Positions 45,721-55,386 of a stretch of 64,000 nt of DNA are shown in pieces. The stretch's first letter is position 1; each line of letters starts with the position of its first letter. The position numbers and the translations under genes are program-made. Source of the DNA: Cryomorpha ignava (GTDB lineage Bacteria > Bacteroidota > Bacteroidia > Flavobacteriales_F > PHOS-HE28); contig JBEBYG010000019.1 in the NCBI GenBank assembly GCA_040391235.1, positions 4,491-68,490 on the forward strand. The letters are read 5' to 3'. The notes below the pieces were generated by a model. It had not been told where the DNA came from. It ran no database searches and saw only the letters and a list, made by a program, of their open reading frames with translations.

Positions 45721-48525
45721 TCAACGCTTCACGAATGAAGTGTTGCTGGTAGCGTGATCGCCGCGCACATGCACGGTGTAAGCACCTGATGCCAATGAAG
45801 CCACATCGATGGTCCGGCTTCCGGTGCTGATCGCTACCCGGAGGCAAATGCGACCGGACACATCCAGGAACTCAGCAGCCGTAGCACCTTCAGGCAGTTC
45901 GCCGCTAAGCGTGATCTGTTCGGTGGCCGGGTTCGGGAACACCTGTAGGCCATCCGCCTTTTCGGTCGTAGCGATGCTTGTAGGTCCGACCAGCACTTCC
46001 ACCGGGGTCCGTGGGCCTTCACACCAAGTAGTAGGCTTGGCCACTTCCCAATCGTAGAAGTAATAGTAGTAGCTGGCCGATCCAGCATTGCTTCCGGTGA
46101 TGGCCCCCAAGCCTCCGAGGTCATACGGGAAGGCGGGGTTGCTTCCCACGCCATCACGCCACAGCTGCGGATCACCAGAGACAATGCGCAAGCCGTAGGC
46201 ACCATTGCCGGGTGCAAGAAGATCCAGTTGAACGCGGCTTTCTCCATCGGGAATGAAGTAATTACCCGAAGCCACAACGGTACCAGTGGTCTGATCCACG
46301 ATGGCGATGGGGCGGATCCCGTCGCCATTGGCATACACCTTGGCACTCTTGATCACCATGTCCTCTGAAGTGCTGAAGTAGAGATAGTAGGTGGCGTTGG
46401 ATTGATAGATGCCGATGGTGGAGCGATCCATCATTCCACCCGATTGCGAAACTCCTCCATTCTGCCCCAGGTCGGCGCACCAGAACATGGTATTGGCATT
46501 CACATAGGGCGTCGTCCACGTATTTCCCTGACCGATTGCCGTGCCACCTGTGGCTGCGTCATACCAAGAGATACTATCGCCCGTGGCGGTGAGAACAGCC
46601 GTACCCGGTAAGGGGATCGTCACGTCGCCACTGGTTGGTGCGACGGGTGCATCCAATACGTTCACCATCACGCTTGAAGAAGTGAATTCGGCACATGCAC
46701 CTTGTACGGTGACCGAGTATTCGCCTGCGGCACTTACGGCAATGCTCTGTTGGTCGCTTCCATTGCTCCAGAGATAGCTGGATGCAGGGCTCGCGGTAAG
46801 AACAACCTGATCCATGGGGCAGATGGTCGCAGCCCCTTGCACGGAGATGGACGGTGTTTCATCCGGGCTCAGCATAATGTTCGCATTCGCCTGCGTGATG
46901 CAATCACCTGTACCGGTCACGGTCCAGTAGGACCCGGGATCGGTCACTGTAATGCTCGTTCCCACAGCACCGGTGTTCCATACGAAATCCGTACCGGGGG
47001 ATACGGTGAGCGCGATGGATCCACTTCCGGGGCAAAGCACCATGTTGGGCGATCCGGTGATGGCCACATTCGGTGAAATGCAGGTTCCTTCCACCACTGT
47101 GATGCTCTGGTCGGCATGGAGGTCGGTAAAGGTTTCCACCAATCCGCTGGGCCAGCTCACGGTCATGGTGGGAACCAAGGTCTCAGCACCCAGTCCGAAA
47201 GCCAGAACGAAGGAGTTCACCAGGCCATAGCTCTCGCCGGAGCGGATCTCGCGGATCTGGGTACCCCATGGACCGGTAATGGTGACGCGTGCACCGATGG
47301 CATCGCGGTTGCTCGTAGTGCCTTGCAGCTTCACCCGGAAGAAGTGATTTCCATTGGGCGTATTCAGCCAGAGTCGGTCCGGGTTGCCACTGCTACCGTC
47401 CACGTAGCCGCTTCCGTAGTTGGCATACACATCCTCAAATCCATCGCGATTCAGGTCGCCGAAGGCAAAGCTGTGCATGGCCTTGGTGGAGGGGAAGAGG
47501 CCTTGCACTTGCGTGAAGGTCCCGTCGCCATTGCCCCTGTAGTAGAACTCGCTGCCACCGGCGATCAAGATGTCCAAGAATCCATCGTTGTCCAGATCGC
47601 GGAAGAGACCTTGCAAGGGGAAGTTGGCCACGCCGAGGCCACTACCTGCGGTAACATCCGTAAAGTGGCCCGTTCCATCATTGCGGAACAGCTTGGTGCC
47701 GGTGCTGTGTTCATTGCTCACCATGTCCAAGTCCCCATCATTGTCGAAGTCGCCGAAATCAGATGTCCAGGTCTGCTCATGATCATCAGCACCATAGTCG
47801 GCAGCCAAGTCCGTGTATTGGTTGTTCCCGTCATTCACGAAGAGGCGGTTCCAGCGGCGGGGATCATCGGGGTTGTTCACGCCTTGCCGACAGTGTGCGA
47901 TGTACAGGTCCAAGTGCCCATCGTTGTTGAAGTCCGTGAAGCAGCTGCCGTAGTTCCCGCTCATGTCACTGGCAGGAGTGGTGGCCCAATTGATATAGCC
48001 ATTGTTGATCATGGGCACGCCGCTGCCATTGGTGATCCACAGGTTCGGCGCACCGTTGTCGTTGCATCCGAACAGGTCCACATGTCCGTCATTGTTCACA
48101 TCGCCCATGCTCATGTTCTGCATGAAGATGTTCGGGCCGTTCAACGTAGTGAGCGTGAACACACCTCGCGCGGTGATGCTGAGCATATGCGTCCCGTCGC
48201 CATTGCCTCCGCTACAGATGTCCTTATGGCCATCGTTGTTCAGGTCGCCGATGGCCCAACCCCACTGCGAACTGCCGGAGACCTCGCCATAATCGTAGGT
48301 AGTGAATGTTCCATCAGCTTCCTGATAGAGCACATACACGTGCTTGCTGTAATCCAACTGGATCACATCGTCCAGCCCGTCGCCATCCATATCCGTGATG
48401 GCCATGCAACCGCCACTGTTCGCCGGATGCGCTAATAGGGCTGTGCCGTTAGTGAAGGCCGGCTGTGCAGCAACTTGGGCGGCCAGCAACAGGGTTGCTA
48501 TGCCGAAGGCGTAGTTTTTGATCAT
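45721..48525 (-). CDS. FG-GAP/ASPIC-UnbV (CRTAC1-like) protein with Ig-like domains and T9SS CTD
   Basis: Repeated DxNNDGxxD motifs; NRDAIGARV..HFG-like FGLG ASPIC domain; VFPNPA CTD. Confidence 0.9.
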   Translation of the reverse strand: MIKNYAFGIATLLLAAQVAAQPAFTNGTALLAHPANSGGCMAITDMDGDGLDDVIQLDYSKHVYVLYQEADGTFTTYDYGEVSGSSQWGWAIGDLNNDGHKDICSGGNGDGTHMLSITARGVFTLTTLNGPNIFMQNMSMGDVNNDGHVDLFGCNDNGAPNLWITNGSGVPMINNGYINWATTPASDMSGNYGSCFTDFNNDGHLDLYIAHCRQGVNNPDDPRRWNRLFVNDGNNQYTDLAADYGADDHEQTWTSDFGDFDNDGDLDMVSNEHSTGTKLFRNDGTGHFTDVTAGSGLGVANFPLQGLFRDLDNDGFLDILIAGGSEFYYRGNGDGTFTQVQGLFPSTKAMHSFAFGDLNRDGFEDVYANYGSGYVDGSSGNPDRLWLNTPNGNHFFRVKLQGTTSNRDAIGARVTITGPWGTQIREIRSGESYGLVNSFVLAFGLGAETLVPTMTVSWPSGLVETFTDLHADQSITVVEGTCISPNVAITGSPNMVLCPGSGSIALTVSPGTDFVWNTGAVGTSITVTDPGSYWTVTGTGDCITQANANIMLSPDETPSISVQGAATICPMDQVVLTASPASSYLWSNGSDQQSIAVSAAGEYSVTVQGACAEFTSSSVMVNVLDAPVAPTSGDVTIPLPGTAVLTATGDSISWYDAATGGTAIGQGNTWTTPYVNANTMFWCADLGQNGGVSQSGGMMDRSTIGIYQSNATYYLYFSTSEDMVIKSAKVYANGDGIRPIAIVDQTTGTVVASGNYFIPDGESRVQLDLLAPGNGAYGLRIVSGDPQLWRDGVGSNPAFPYDLGGLGAITGSNAGSASYYYYFYDWEVAKPTTWCEGPRTPVEVLVGPTSIATTEKADGLQVFPNPATEQITLSGELPEGATAAEFLDVSGRICLRVAISTGSRTIDVASLASGAYTVHVRGDHATSNTSFVKR

Positions 48526-48589
48526 GTAGGAAACGGTTGGCGGGATGGGTGAATGAACTACGAACGGTGAAAGCTATAACATGTGGGAA

Positions 48590-49741
48590 TCAAGTGTGGG
48601 ATTTTCCGTTCGAATTTTCGACCGGACCTTGATTTTCGGTGATTGAACCCGCTTGCTCCCATACAGCTGTCTGTTTGCGGATGCTTTCATCGTGTATCGC
48701 ATCCAACAGGGCCTGGATGAAGTGCGGGGAAAGGCCGATCCCCATGCCCACGGCGTGCTGGGCCTCCATGATGTGCCGCCAGCGCTCGGGCTGAAGGATG
48801 GCGATGTTGTGCGCCTGCTTGAACACCCCGATGCGTTCGGAGATCTCCATGCGCGCGGCGAGCTTCTGGAGGATCTCCTCATCCAAGCGGTCGATCAGGT
48901 TCCGGTGCTCCTGTAGTTCATCCAGCAAGTGCGGCCCTGCAGCGGAACGGCGATGGGTAAGGCCGTTCAACAGGATGGCGAGGTCCTTGGGCATCACCTG
49001 CTGGGCAGCATCGCTCTTAGCGGTATCGGGATCGATGTGCGTCTCGATCATCATGCCGCTGAAGTTGAGGTCCAGTGCTTGCTGGGCTATTCCGGCCAAC
49101 AGCTTGCGATCACCCGCTATGTGGCTGGGGTCGCAGATCATTTCCAACTTAGGGAACGCCGCCTTCAGTCGCACGGGGATCTCCCACATCGGGCTGTTGC
49201 GGTAAGGTGTGCGCTCGAACCAATGGAAGCCACGGTGAATGGCGGCCACCCGCTTCAAGCCTGCGGCATACATGCGCTCCAAGGCGCCGATCCACAATTG
49301 CAGGTCCGGGTTCAACGGGTTCTTTACGAAAACGGGAATGTCCGTGCCTTGCAATGCATCGGCAATGGCCTGCACGCTGAACGGGTTCGGGGTGGTGCGA
49401 GCACCGATCCACAGCATGTCCACTCCGGCTTTCAGGGCTGCTTCCACATGTGCCGGTGTGGCCACCTCCGTCATCGTCAACAGGCCGGTGTGCTCCTTCA
49501 CTTCCGCCAGCCAAGCCAATGCCGGCTCACCAACGCCCTCAAAGCCGCCGGGCCGTGTCCGAGGCTTCCACACTCCCGCCCGGAATACCTGGACTTGTGG
49601 AGCTTGTTCCACGATCCCTTGGGCGGTGGCCAGCACCTGCTCACGGCTTTCAGCACTGCAGGGACCTGCTATGATCAACGGCCTTTCCAGGCCAATACCC
49701 CACTGGGCAAACGGGATGGGATGGATGTTCGGTGAAGCCAT
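48590..49741 (-). CDS. Bifunctional DAHP synthase / chorismate mutase
   Basis: IAGPCSAES, WKPRTRP, WIGART, HRGF and DPSHI motifs; C-terminal AroQ domain (RNLIDRLD..IHDES). Confidence 0.93.
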   Translation of the reverse strand: MASPNIHPIPFAQWGIGLERPLIIAGPCSAESREQVLATAQGIVEQAPQVQVFRAGVWKPRTRPGGFEGVGEPALAWLAEVKEHTGLLTMTEVATPAHVEAALKAGVDMLWIGARTTPNPFSVQAIADALQGTDIPVFVKNPLNPDLQLWIGALERMYAAGLKRVAAIHRGFHWFERTPYRNSPMWEIPVRLKAAFPKLEMICDPSHIAGDRKLLAGIAQQALDLNFSGMMIETHIDPDTAKSDAAQQVMPKDLAILLNGLTHRRSAAGPHLLDELQEHRNLIDRLDEEILQKLAARMEISERIGVFKQAHNIAILQPERWRHIMEAQHAVGMGIGLSPHFIQALLDAIHDESIRKQTAVWEQAGSITENQGPVENSNGKSHT

Positions 49742-49826
49742 GTGGTACAAAGGTATCAGGGGCAGTTGGGAACGATCGGCATGCTATTTCCTGTTTACCT
49801 TGTACATCACCAACCACCCCACCCTC

Positions 49827-50036
49827 ATGGATACCAAGAACGCTCCTGATCCCAAGCACGACCTCGACCCCACGCCGGTGCCGCGCACCTTGGGCAACGA
49901 AAGTCCCGATCCCTTCAGCCCTGCGTATCCTCCCGGCACCTTGCATGAGCGCTTGCGCCGCGAAGAGGATGAGGAAGGTGTAGGTGGTGACCCCACGCCG
50001 GTGGTGGACGACCCCGACCAGAAGAAGAAGGATTGA
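49827..50036 (+). CDS. Small acidic, Pro-rich hypothetical protein
   Basis: MDTKNAPDPK...; low complexity; internal 15-bp repeat GACCCCACGCCGGTG. Confidence 0.4.
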   Translation: MDTKNAPDPKHDLDPTPVPRTLGNESPDPFSPAYPPGTLHERLRREEDEEGVGGDPTPVVDDPDQKKKD

Positions 50037-50136
50037 TCAGCGTTCTGTTGGTGCTCTTGTGAACCTGCGCAGCAGAATTGATCGGGATGATCCGGGAGTT
50101 CTGGATCTGTTCTACTATTGAGGGAAATAACCCCTC

Positions 50137-51129
50137 ATGAAATTACCTGTCCTTGCTTTCCTTCTCGCAATTGCTGGCGCAGGCCATGCCCAAGTGAGCG
50201 CAACCATCGGCGCCAGTCCCGCTGAACTAAAGGCCTTGTCCAAGCGCACGCTTGTGGTTGAACTTCCCGAGCCGAACCAACGGGTGATCGCGGAGTTCCC
50301 TGCAAAAACGGCCGATGCCAAGAAAGCCGGCTACGAGGGGTCGTTGAACTCCTATCGTGAACAGATCGAGCCTGCTATCCGCAAGTACTGGACCTACAAT
50401 AAGGAGATCGAGTTCAAGACGACCTCGGAGATCATTGAGCTCTTCAAGGAAAAGAACCCCAAGTATGTCGCCTTGATGAAGGTGGTACTGGCTGATGGTG
50501 GCGGTGCATACGCCTACTCATTCGGCCTCGGAGTTCCCGCCTTGGTCTTCACGGCTACCGATGGCGCGAGCAAAGTGAACAAGAATGGGCAGATGACCCT
50601 AACGAATTGGGACTTTCAAGCGTACCTCGCTACTACCCCTACCAACTATGGTAGGGAGGACTATTCCGAGGCGAGCATGAAATTCACCTTGGTGGAGGCA
50701 CAAAAGCTATTGGAGTGGAACACCGCACCGGGCAACAAGAAATCCGAGAATTTCATCAAGTACGCGAAGGACCAGTCCGAAAAGAATTGTGCCAAGCTTA
50801 CTTCCAAGAAACTGCTGATCGACAAGCAGGACCTTTCCAAAAAAATGAGCCCGGCCGACGCAATGGCCAGCTACGGGCGGAACCTCGAACTGGTGGACCC
50901 TTCGGAATTGGAATCAGCGTACCTCAATGGCGATACAGAAAGGGCCGTGCTCTTCTCCGTTCCTGCGGGAATTGGAATAGGCACCTCCGTCCTTGTGGAG
51001 GTCACCAACCTGATCTACATGCGCGTTGCGGTGGATCCATCCACGAACCAGATCCTTGGTTGCATTCCGGTGAGTGAGCCGTCCGGCATCACCAAAACGG
51101 AAATGACCATCTTGAAAAAGTGCAAGTGA
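50137..51129 (+). CDS. Secreted hypothetical protein
   Basis: Signal peptide ending GHA|Q; no family recognised. Confidence 0.75.
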   Translation: MKLPVLAFLLAIAGAGHAQVSATIGASPAELKALSKRTLVVELPEPNQRVIAEFPAKTADAKKAGYEGSLNSYREQIEPAIRKYWTYNKEIEFKTTSEIIELFKEKNPKYVALMKVVLADGGGAYAYSFGLGVPALVFTATDGASKVNKNGQMTLTNWDFQAYLATTPTNYGREDYSEASMKFTLVEAQKLLEWNTAPGNKKSENFIKYAKDQSEKNCAKLTSKKLLIDKQDLSKKMSPADAMASYGRNLELVDPSELESAYLNGDTERAVLFSVPAGIGIGTSVLVEVTNLIYMRVAVDPSTNQILGCIPVSEPSGITKTEMTILKKCK

Positions 51130-51156
51130 GCATATGCAAGAAGGAGCGAGTGCGCA

Positions 51157-52173
51157 CTACCAGCGCACCGCTACCTTCCCAATGCTCTTTCCTGAGCCGA
51201 GCAATTCCACTGCCTGCGGAAGTTGATCCGCCTTGAAAAGCGGATGGACCTTCGGTGTGAGCCAGCCTTCCTGCATCGCGCCCAGTGCGCCTTTCATACA
51301 ATCGGCAACCAGCAATGGCTTGTGTTCGCTGAGCCGTAGCATGTTCACGCCGATGATGCTCTTGCTTTGCATCATCAGAAATATCGGGATCACCAGGCCC
51401 ATGTTCCATACGAAGCGTAGCGTTCCGAACGCGCCGCCCGCACCACGCTCTGCGCCGCCGAAGAGCACCAAGCGCCCACCGTTCCCGATCAGCTTCAGGT
51501 CCTTTTTAAAGGTGGTGCCTCCCACTGCGTTGAAGCTTGCATCCAAGCGTTCCTTGCCGAGCATGTTACCTACTTGTGCAGCATAGTCGCTTGCCTTGCG
51601 GTCGATGATGTGCTGGGCTCCGAGTTGCTTCAGGTAGGTCATCTTCTCCTCCCCGTGCGCCACGGCGAAAACCTCGCAACCTTGGTGAACGGCCATCTGC
51701 GTGAGCAACTGACCCACACCACCTGCCGCACTGTGCACCAAGATGTGCTGGCCCTTTTGCACCGGTGAAGCCACCATGGCCATGTACCAAGCTGTCGCGC
51801 CTTGCGTGGCCATGGCCAGCGCCTCGCCCAAGCCCATGTGATCCGGTATTTCCGCAATGGCCCGATGGTCGGTACAAGCGAGTTCTGCATATCCGCCAAA
51901 GCGCGTCATCGCCAACACGCGCTTGCCCATCCATTCAGGAGGAACGCCGTCGCCGCATTGTTCCACGCGGCCCACTGTTTCATACCCGATCACGGAAGGT
52001 GGTGGTGGGGCATCACGATAGAGCCCCTTCACAGCCATTACATCCGCGTAGTTCAGACCGAAGCCCTCGCTGCGGATGAGTACTTCGCCCGGCTTCGGTG
52101 TGGGGTCCGGGAGCTGTTTGAGCGAGAGGACCTTCGATGGTTCGCCGTGTGCGGTGAGCTGCCATGCTTTCAT
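51157..52173 (-). CDS. NADPH:quinone oxidoreductase / VAT-1-like MDR enzyme
   Basis: GLNYAD, GYETVG, FGGYAE, HSAAGGVG and SIGKV motifs. Confidence 0.92.
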   Translation of the reverse strand: MKAWQLTAHGEPSKVLSLKQLPDPTPKPGEVLIRSEGFGLNYADVMAVKGLYRDAPPPPSVIGYETVGRVEQCGDGVPPEWMGKRVLAMTRFGGYAELACTDHRAIAEIPDHMGLGEALAMATQGATAWYMAMVASPVQKGQHILVHSAAGGVGQLLTQMAVHQGCEVFAVAHGEEKMTYLKQLGAQHIIDRKASDYAAQVGNMLGKERLDASFNAVGGTTFKKDLKLIGNGGRLVLFGGAERGAGGAFGTLRFVWNMGLVIPIFLMMQSKSIIGVNMLRLSEHKPLLVADCMKGALGAMQEGWLTPKVHPLFKADQLPQAVELLGSGKSIGKVAVRW

Positions 52174-52469
52174 TCAGTTGTCGATCTCAGTTGTCAGTTG
52201 TTCGTTGGCAGTTGTCAGGCGTGGCCACGACGGGCTCGCGACCTACTTGATGTAGCCACACTTTCACGCCGCAAGCTACGGGGTGGGGTCGTTGTCAGTT
52301 GTTAGTTGTCAGTTGTCAATTGTCAGTTGTCAGGCGTAAACGCAACTGCCGTACCGCTTGCCAGCTCTGCAATGCAGCCGGACAACCGACAACTGAGAAC
52401 TGACAACCCAAAAGCGCCTCCGGCGAACCCCATTGCAGCGGGACAACCGACAACTGACAACCCAAAAGC
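52174..52469. repeat. Inverted arrays of heptamer repeats (CAGTTGT)n / (ACAACTG)n
   Basis: Two left blocks ending CAGTTGTCAGGCGT (~52187-52222, ~52289-52337) and two right blocks GGACAACCGACAACTGA..CAACCCAAAAGC (~52380-52415, ~52441-52469). Confidence 0.85.
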
Positions 52470-52492
52470 AACTCCGGCACATTCAACCAAGA

Positions 52493-53086
52493 TCAAAAGG
52501 CATGCTCCGGCCCAGCCAATCGTCCTTCCTCCACCGCCACGGCATATTCCACCACCAGTTGGCGCACGCTGTCCATGTCCGTGCCTTCACCAATGCGGTC
52601 CAGCAATTCCGCAAAGGCGGGCCATGCTTGCTTGAACTTCGCGGAGGGCGACTTCGTGTCGTCCGGTATGAAGTGCGCGGGTACGATCTCGCTTTGCAGA
52701 TCCCGGCTCAGGTAGGATGCGTAGCCGTACTCAACGGTTGCGGCTTCCGCGGAATCGCGTTGCATGCGCAGGTGGGCCAAGCCGTTCTCCCAATAGAAGA
52801 TCGCGCCTTGCGCCATCAATCGCACCGGCAGCTTTCCTTCGGGTTCGATGCGGTATAGAAGGCCTTCGTTCTTGAAGCCCCAGACCTTGCGGGTGGGCAC
52901 GTTCTTCTTGGATCCGTCCTTTACATAGGTCACTACAAGGCGGCCCATGTTCGGCACTACATCGATGGGGCCGTCCACTTGCTCGCCCTTTCCAGCTGCG
53001 TATTCAGCATAGCTGGTGTAGATTACGTTCTGCGCCATCATTCCGCAGCTGATGCCAAGTGCAAGAAGTAGAAGGAGGCGATGCAT
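52493..53086 (-). CDS. Secreted hypothetical protein
   Basis: Signal peptide; host-like codon usage. Confidence 0.75.
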   Translation of the reverse strand: MHRLLLLLALGISCGMMAQNVIYTSYAEYAAGKGEQVDGPIDVVPNMGRLVVTYVKDGSKKNVPTRKVWGFKNEGLLYRIEPEGKLPVRLMAQGAIFYWENGLAHLRMQRDSAEAATVEYGYASYLSRDLQSEIVPAHFIPDDTKSPSAKFKQAWPAFAELLDRIGEGTDMDSVRQLVVEYAVAVEEGRLAGPEHAF

Positions 53087-53194
53087 GGTTGCGGACTTGA
53101 ACGAAAGTTAACCGCATATTCTGATCGAAGACCGGGAAGGTGCTGGGGTTGCGAACCGGGGATCGTGGGTTCTGAACCGCTGGTATGGTGTGTT

Positions 53195-53322
53195 TTTAAC
53201 CGCAGATGAACGCTGATAATGCCTGCCTCAGAGAAGAGTTGAACCACTGATGGACACGGATCAACACGGATGAATGCCAGCCCGACTGGTTGTCCACAGA
53301 TGACACAGATGTACACAGATGG
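53195..53322 (+). repeat. Three tandem CCACAGATGNACACAGAT-type repeat arms
   Basis: AACCGCAGATGAACGCTGAT, AACCACTGATGGACACGGATCAACACGGAT and TCCACAGATGACACAGATGTACACAGAT. Confidence 0.7.
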
Positions 53323-53352
53323 CTGGCCGGAGTCGACGATGGACAAAGCACA

Positions 53353-53410
53353 CACTCGCGACACGCGAGCGCGAGCTTTGTGAGAGGCTTGCGCTCGCGT
53401 GTCGCGAGTG
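53353..53410. repeat. REPIN-like doublet (perfect 20-bp inverted repeat)
   Basis: CACTCGCGACACGCGAGCGC ... GCGCTCGCGTGTCGCGAGTG; each arm has an internal CTCGCG/CGCGAG hairpin. Confidence 0.75.
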
Positions 53411-53422
53411 CAAAACAGCCAC

Positions 53423-54109
53423 TCACACCCCCGCCACACACAGCACGAACTCTCCCTTCGGCGGATGCGCTTCGAAGTGCGCTGCGAGCTCCGGCAAGGT
53501 GCCGCGTACCGTCTCCTCGTGGAGCTTGGTGATCTCTCTTGAAATGCTGGCCTGGCGATCGGGTCCGAAGGCTTCCGCGAGCTCCTTCAGGGTGCGGAGG
53601 ATGCGGTGCGGACTTTCGTAGAAGACCATGGTGCGTCGCTCTTCCAACAGTTCCGTGATGCGCGTGCGGCGGCCTTTCTTCACCGGAAGGAAGCCTTCGA
53701 ATGTGAAGCGGTCGCAGGGTAGGCCGCTGTTCACCAGTGCGGGTACGAAGGCGGTGGCACCGGGGAGGCATTCAATGGCCACGCCTTGCTTCACGGCCGC
53801 TCGTACCAAGAGAAAGCCGGGGTCGCTAATGGCGGGTGTGCCTGCATCGGTGACCAAGGCGAAGCGCTCGCCGGCTACCAGACGCTCCACCAATCGGTCG
53901 GTGATCTTGTGCTCGTTGTGTGCGTGGAAGGCGATCAGCGGGCGGCTGATGCCGTAGTGTTGTAGGAGCCTTCCGCTTACGCGCGTGTCCTCCGCGATCA
54001 CCGCGTCGGCCTCTGCGAGTATGCGTTTAGCCCGGACGGTAATGTCCTCCAGGTTGCCGATGGGTGTGGGCACCAGAAAGAGCCTTCCGCCGCTATTGGC
54101 CCCGCTCAT
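53423..54109 (-). CDS. rsmI: 16S rRNA (cytidine(1402)-2'-O)-methyltransferase
   Basis: LVPTPIGNLEDIT, EDTR, DAGTPAISDPG, FYESPHR, REITKLHEE and KGEFV motifs. Confidence 0.97.
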   Translation of the reverse strand: MSGANSGGRLFLVPTPIGNLEDITVRAKRILAEADAVIAEDTRVSGRLLQHYGISRPLIAFHAHNEHKITDRLVERLVAGERFALVTDAGTPAISDPGFLLVRAAVKQGVAIECLPGATAFVPALVNSGLPCDRFTFEGFLPVKKGRRTRITELLEERRTMVFYESPHRILRTLKELAEAFGPDRQASISREITKLHEETVRGTLPELAAHFEAHPPKGEFVLCVAGV

Positions 54110-55386
54110 TTCAAGGTGCTCAGGAGCGTGGCCAAGGTGCGGTAGAGCGCATCGAACTTCGTGAGCGGTAAGGTCTCCGGCCGGTCGAGCACATCGTGGT
54201 AGTAGCTGACGCCACCCATGGTATAGATGAAGATGGCCGGGATGCCTTTCATCACAAAGGGACAGTGATCGCTGTTGCAGGCGGGGCCGCGTGACTTCAC
54301 CTGCGGCAGTGCTTGGGTCTTCGTGTTGATCGCTACGAGCTGATCGTAGACCGCCTTTTGCGCGGTGGCGTTCACCACGGTGATGCCTTCCTCGCCGGTG
54401 CCGTTGAGGTCGAGGTTGATCACCATCTTGATCCGGGCGAAGTCGATCGGACGGTCGGTGATGAACCATTCGCTGCCTTTCAAACCGGCTTCTTCACCGG
54501 CAAAGGCCACAAAGAGGATGTTGGTCTTCGGCGGATCCTTCTTGAAGTGTTCAGCCAAGCTGAGCAACATGCTGACGCCGCTGGCATTGTCGTTCGCGCC
54601 GGGAAAGAGGGCCTGCCCCATCATGCCGAGGTGGTCGTAGTGTGCCGTTACCAAGAGCCAGTCCTTGCTGCCGCCTTTCGCCTTTGCTACGCCGAGCACG
54701 TTGCGTGCATTGTGCCGTGGGATAAAGCGGTTGTTCACATGGATGGTGGCGGTCAGTGCTGAATCGGAGACCACGCCTTCGCGGGCCTCGAGGATGGCAT
54801 TGCGCGCTTGGGTGCCGGCGACGCTCCAGGTGAGCTTCTTTCCGCCTTGGCGGATCACCGGCACATAGCGCGAGAGTTCGTTCTGGAGTTCGTTCTGGAG
54901 TTCGTTGTAGAGTGCCAGCGTATCGCCGTTGGTGCTGGGCGGGAAATGCAGCACCGCTGCATGGCCCATCACCACACCCATGGTCATGGCCTTGCGCTCC
55001 GGGGTGGCCAGGTCTTCCAATGTCAGGTGCACCAAGTTGTAGGTGCCGTCCGCCGATCCGGAGGCCGGGTCCACGAGGAAGTCGATGCCGGGGGTCAGGA
55101 GAACTCCGTCCACGCGCAGGGAGGCGCTGTCCGGAAAGCTGTTCACCGGGAAGGTGAAGGGCTCAAAGCGCTTGTCGTTCAGCTTGGCCAAGCCGATGCG
55201 GTCGAACTGCTTGGCGATCCATTCCGCTGCGATGCTGTCGCCGCCGTTCACGTAGCCGCGACCGTACATGGCCGGGCTGGCGAGGGTATCCACGTAGCGC
55301 TTGGCCTGCTCCTTCACGGAGGGAAGCTCTTGCGCGGCGAGTGTGCCGGCCAAGAGCAATGGCACCAACAACAAGGAGATGCGCAT
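54106..55386 (-). CDS. M28 family peptidase with PA-like insert
   Basis: TAHYDHLG, GANDNASG, GEEAGL, NLD, SDH and YHD motifs. Confidence 0.93.
   Translation of the reverse strand: MRISLLLVPLLLAGTLAAQELPSVKEQAKRYVDTLASPAMYGRGYVNGGDSIAAEWIAKQFDRIGLAKLNDKRFEPFTFPVNSFPDSASLRVDGVLLTPGIDFLVDPASGSADGTYNLVHLTLEDLATPERKAMTMGVVMGHAAVLHFPPSTNGDTLALYNELQNELQNELSRYVPVIRQGGKKLTWSVAGTQARNAILEAREGVVSDSALTATIHVNNRFIPRHNARNVLGVAKAKGGSKDWLLVTAHYDHLGMMGQALFPGANDNASGVSMLLSLAEHFKKDPPKTNILFVAFAGEEAGLKGSEWFITDRPIDFARIKMVINLDLNGTGEEGITVVNATAQKAVYDQLVAINTKTQALPQVKSRGPACNSDHCPFVMKGIPAIFIYTMGGVSYYHDVLDRPETLPLTKFDALYRTLATLLSTLK

Noticed and set aside
52174-53410. CRISPR array
   Set aside because: The repeats are 7-10-bp tandem or inverted units without constant-length unique spacers, and there are no cas genes.
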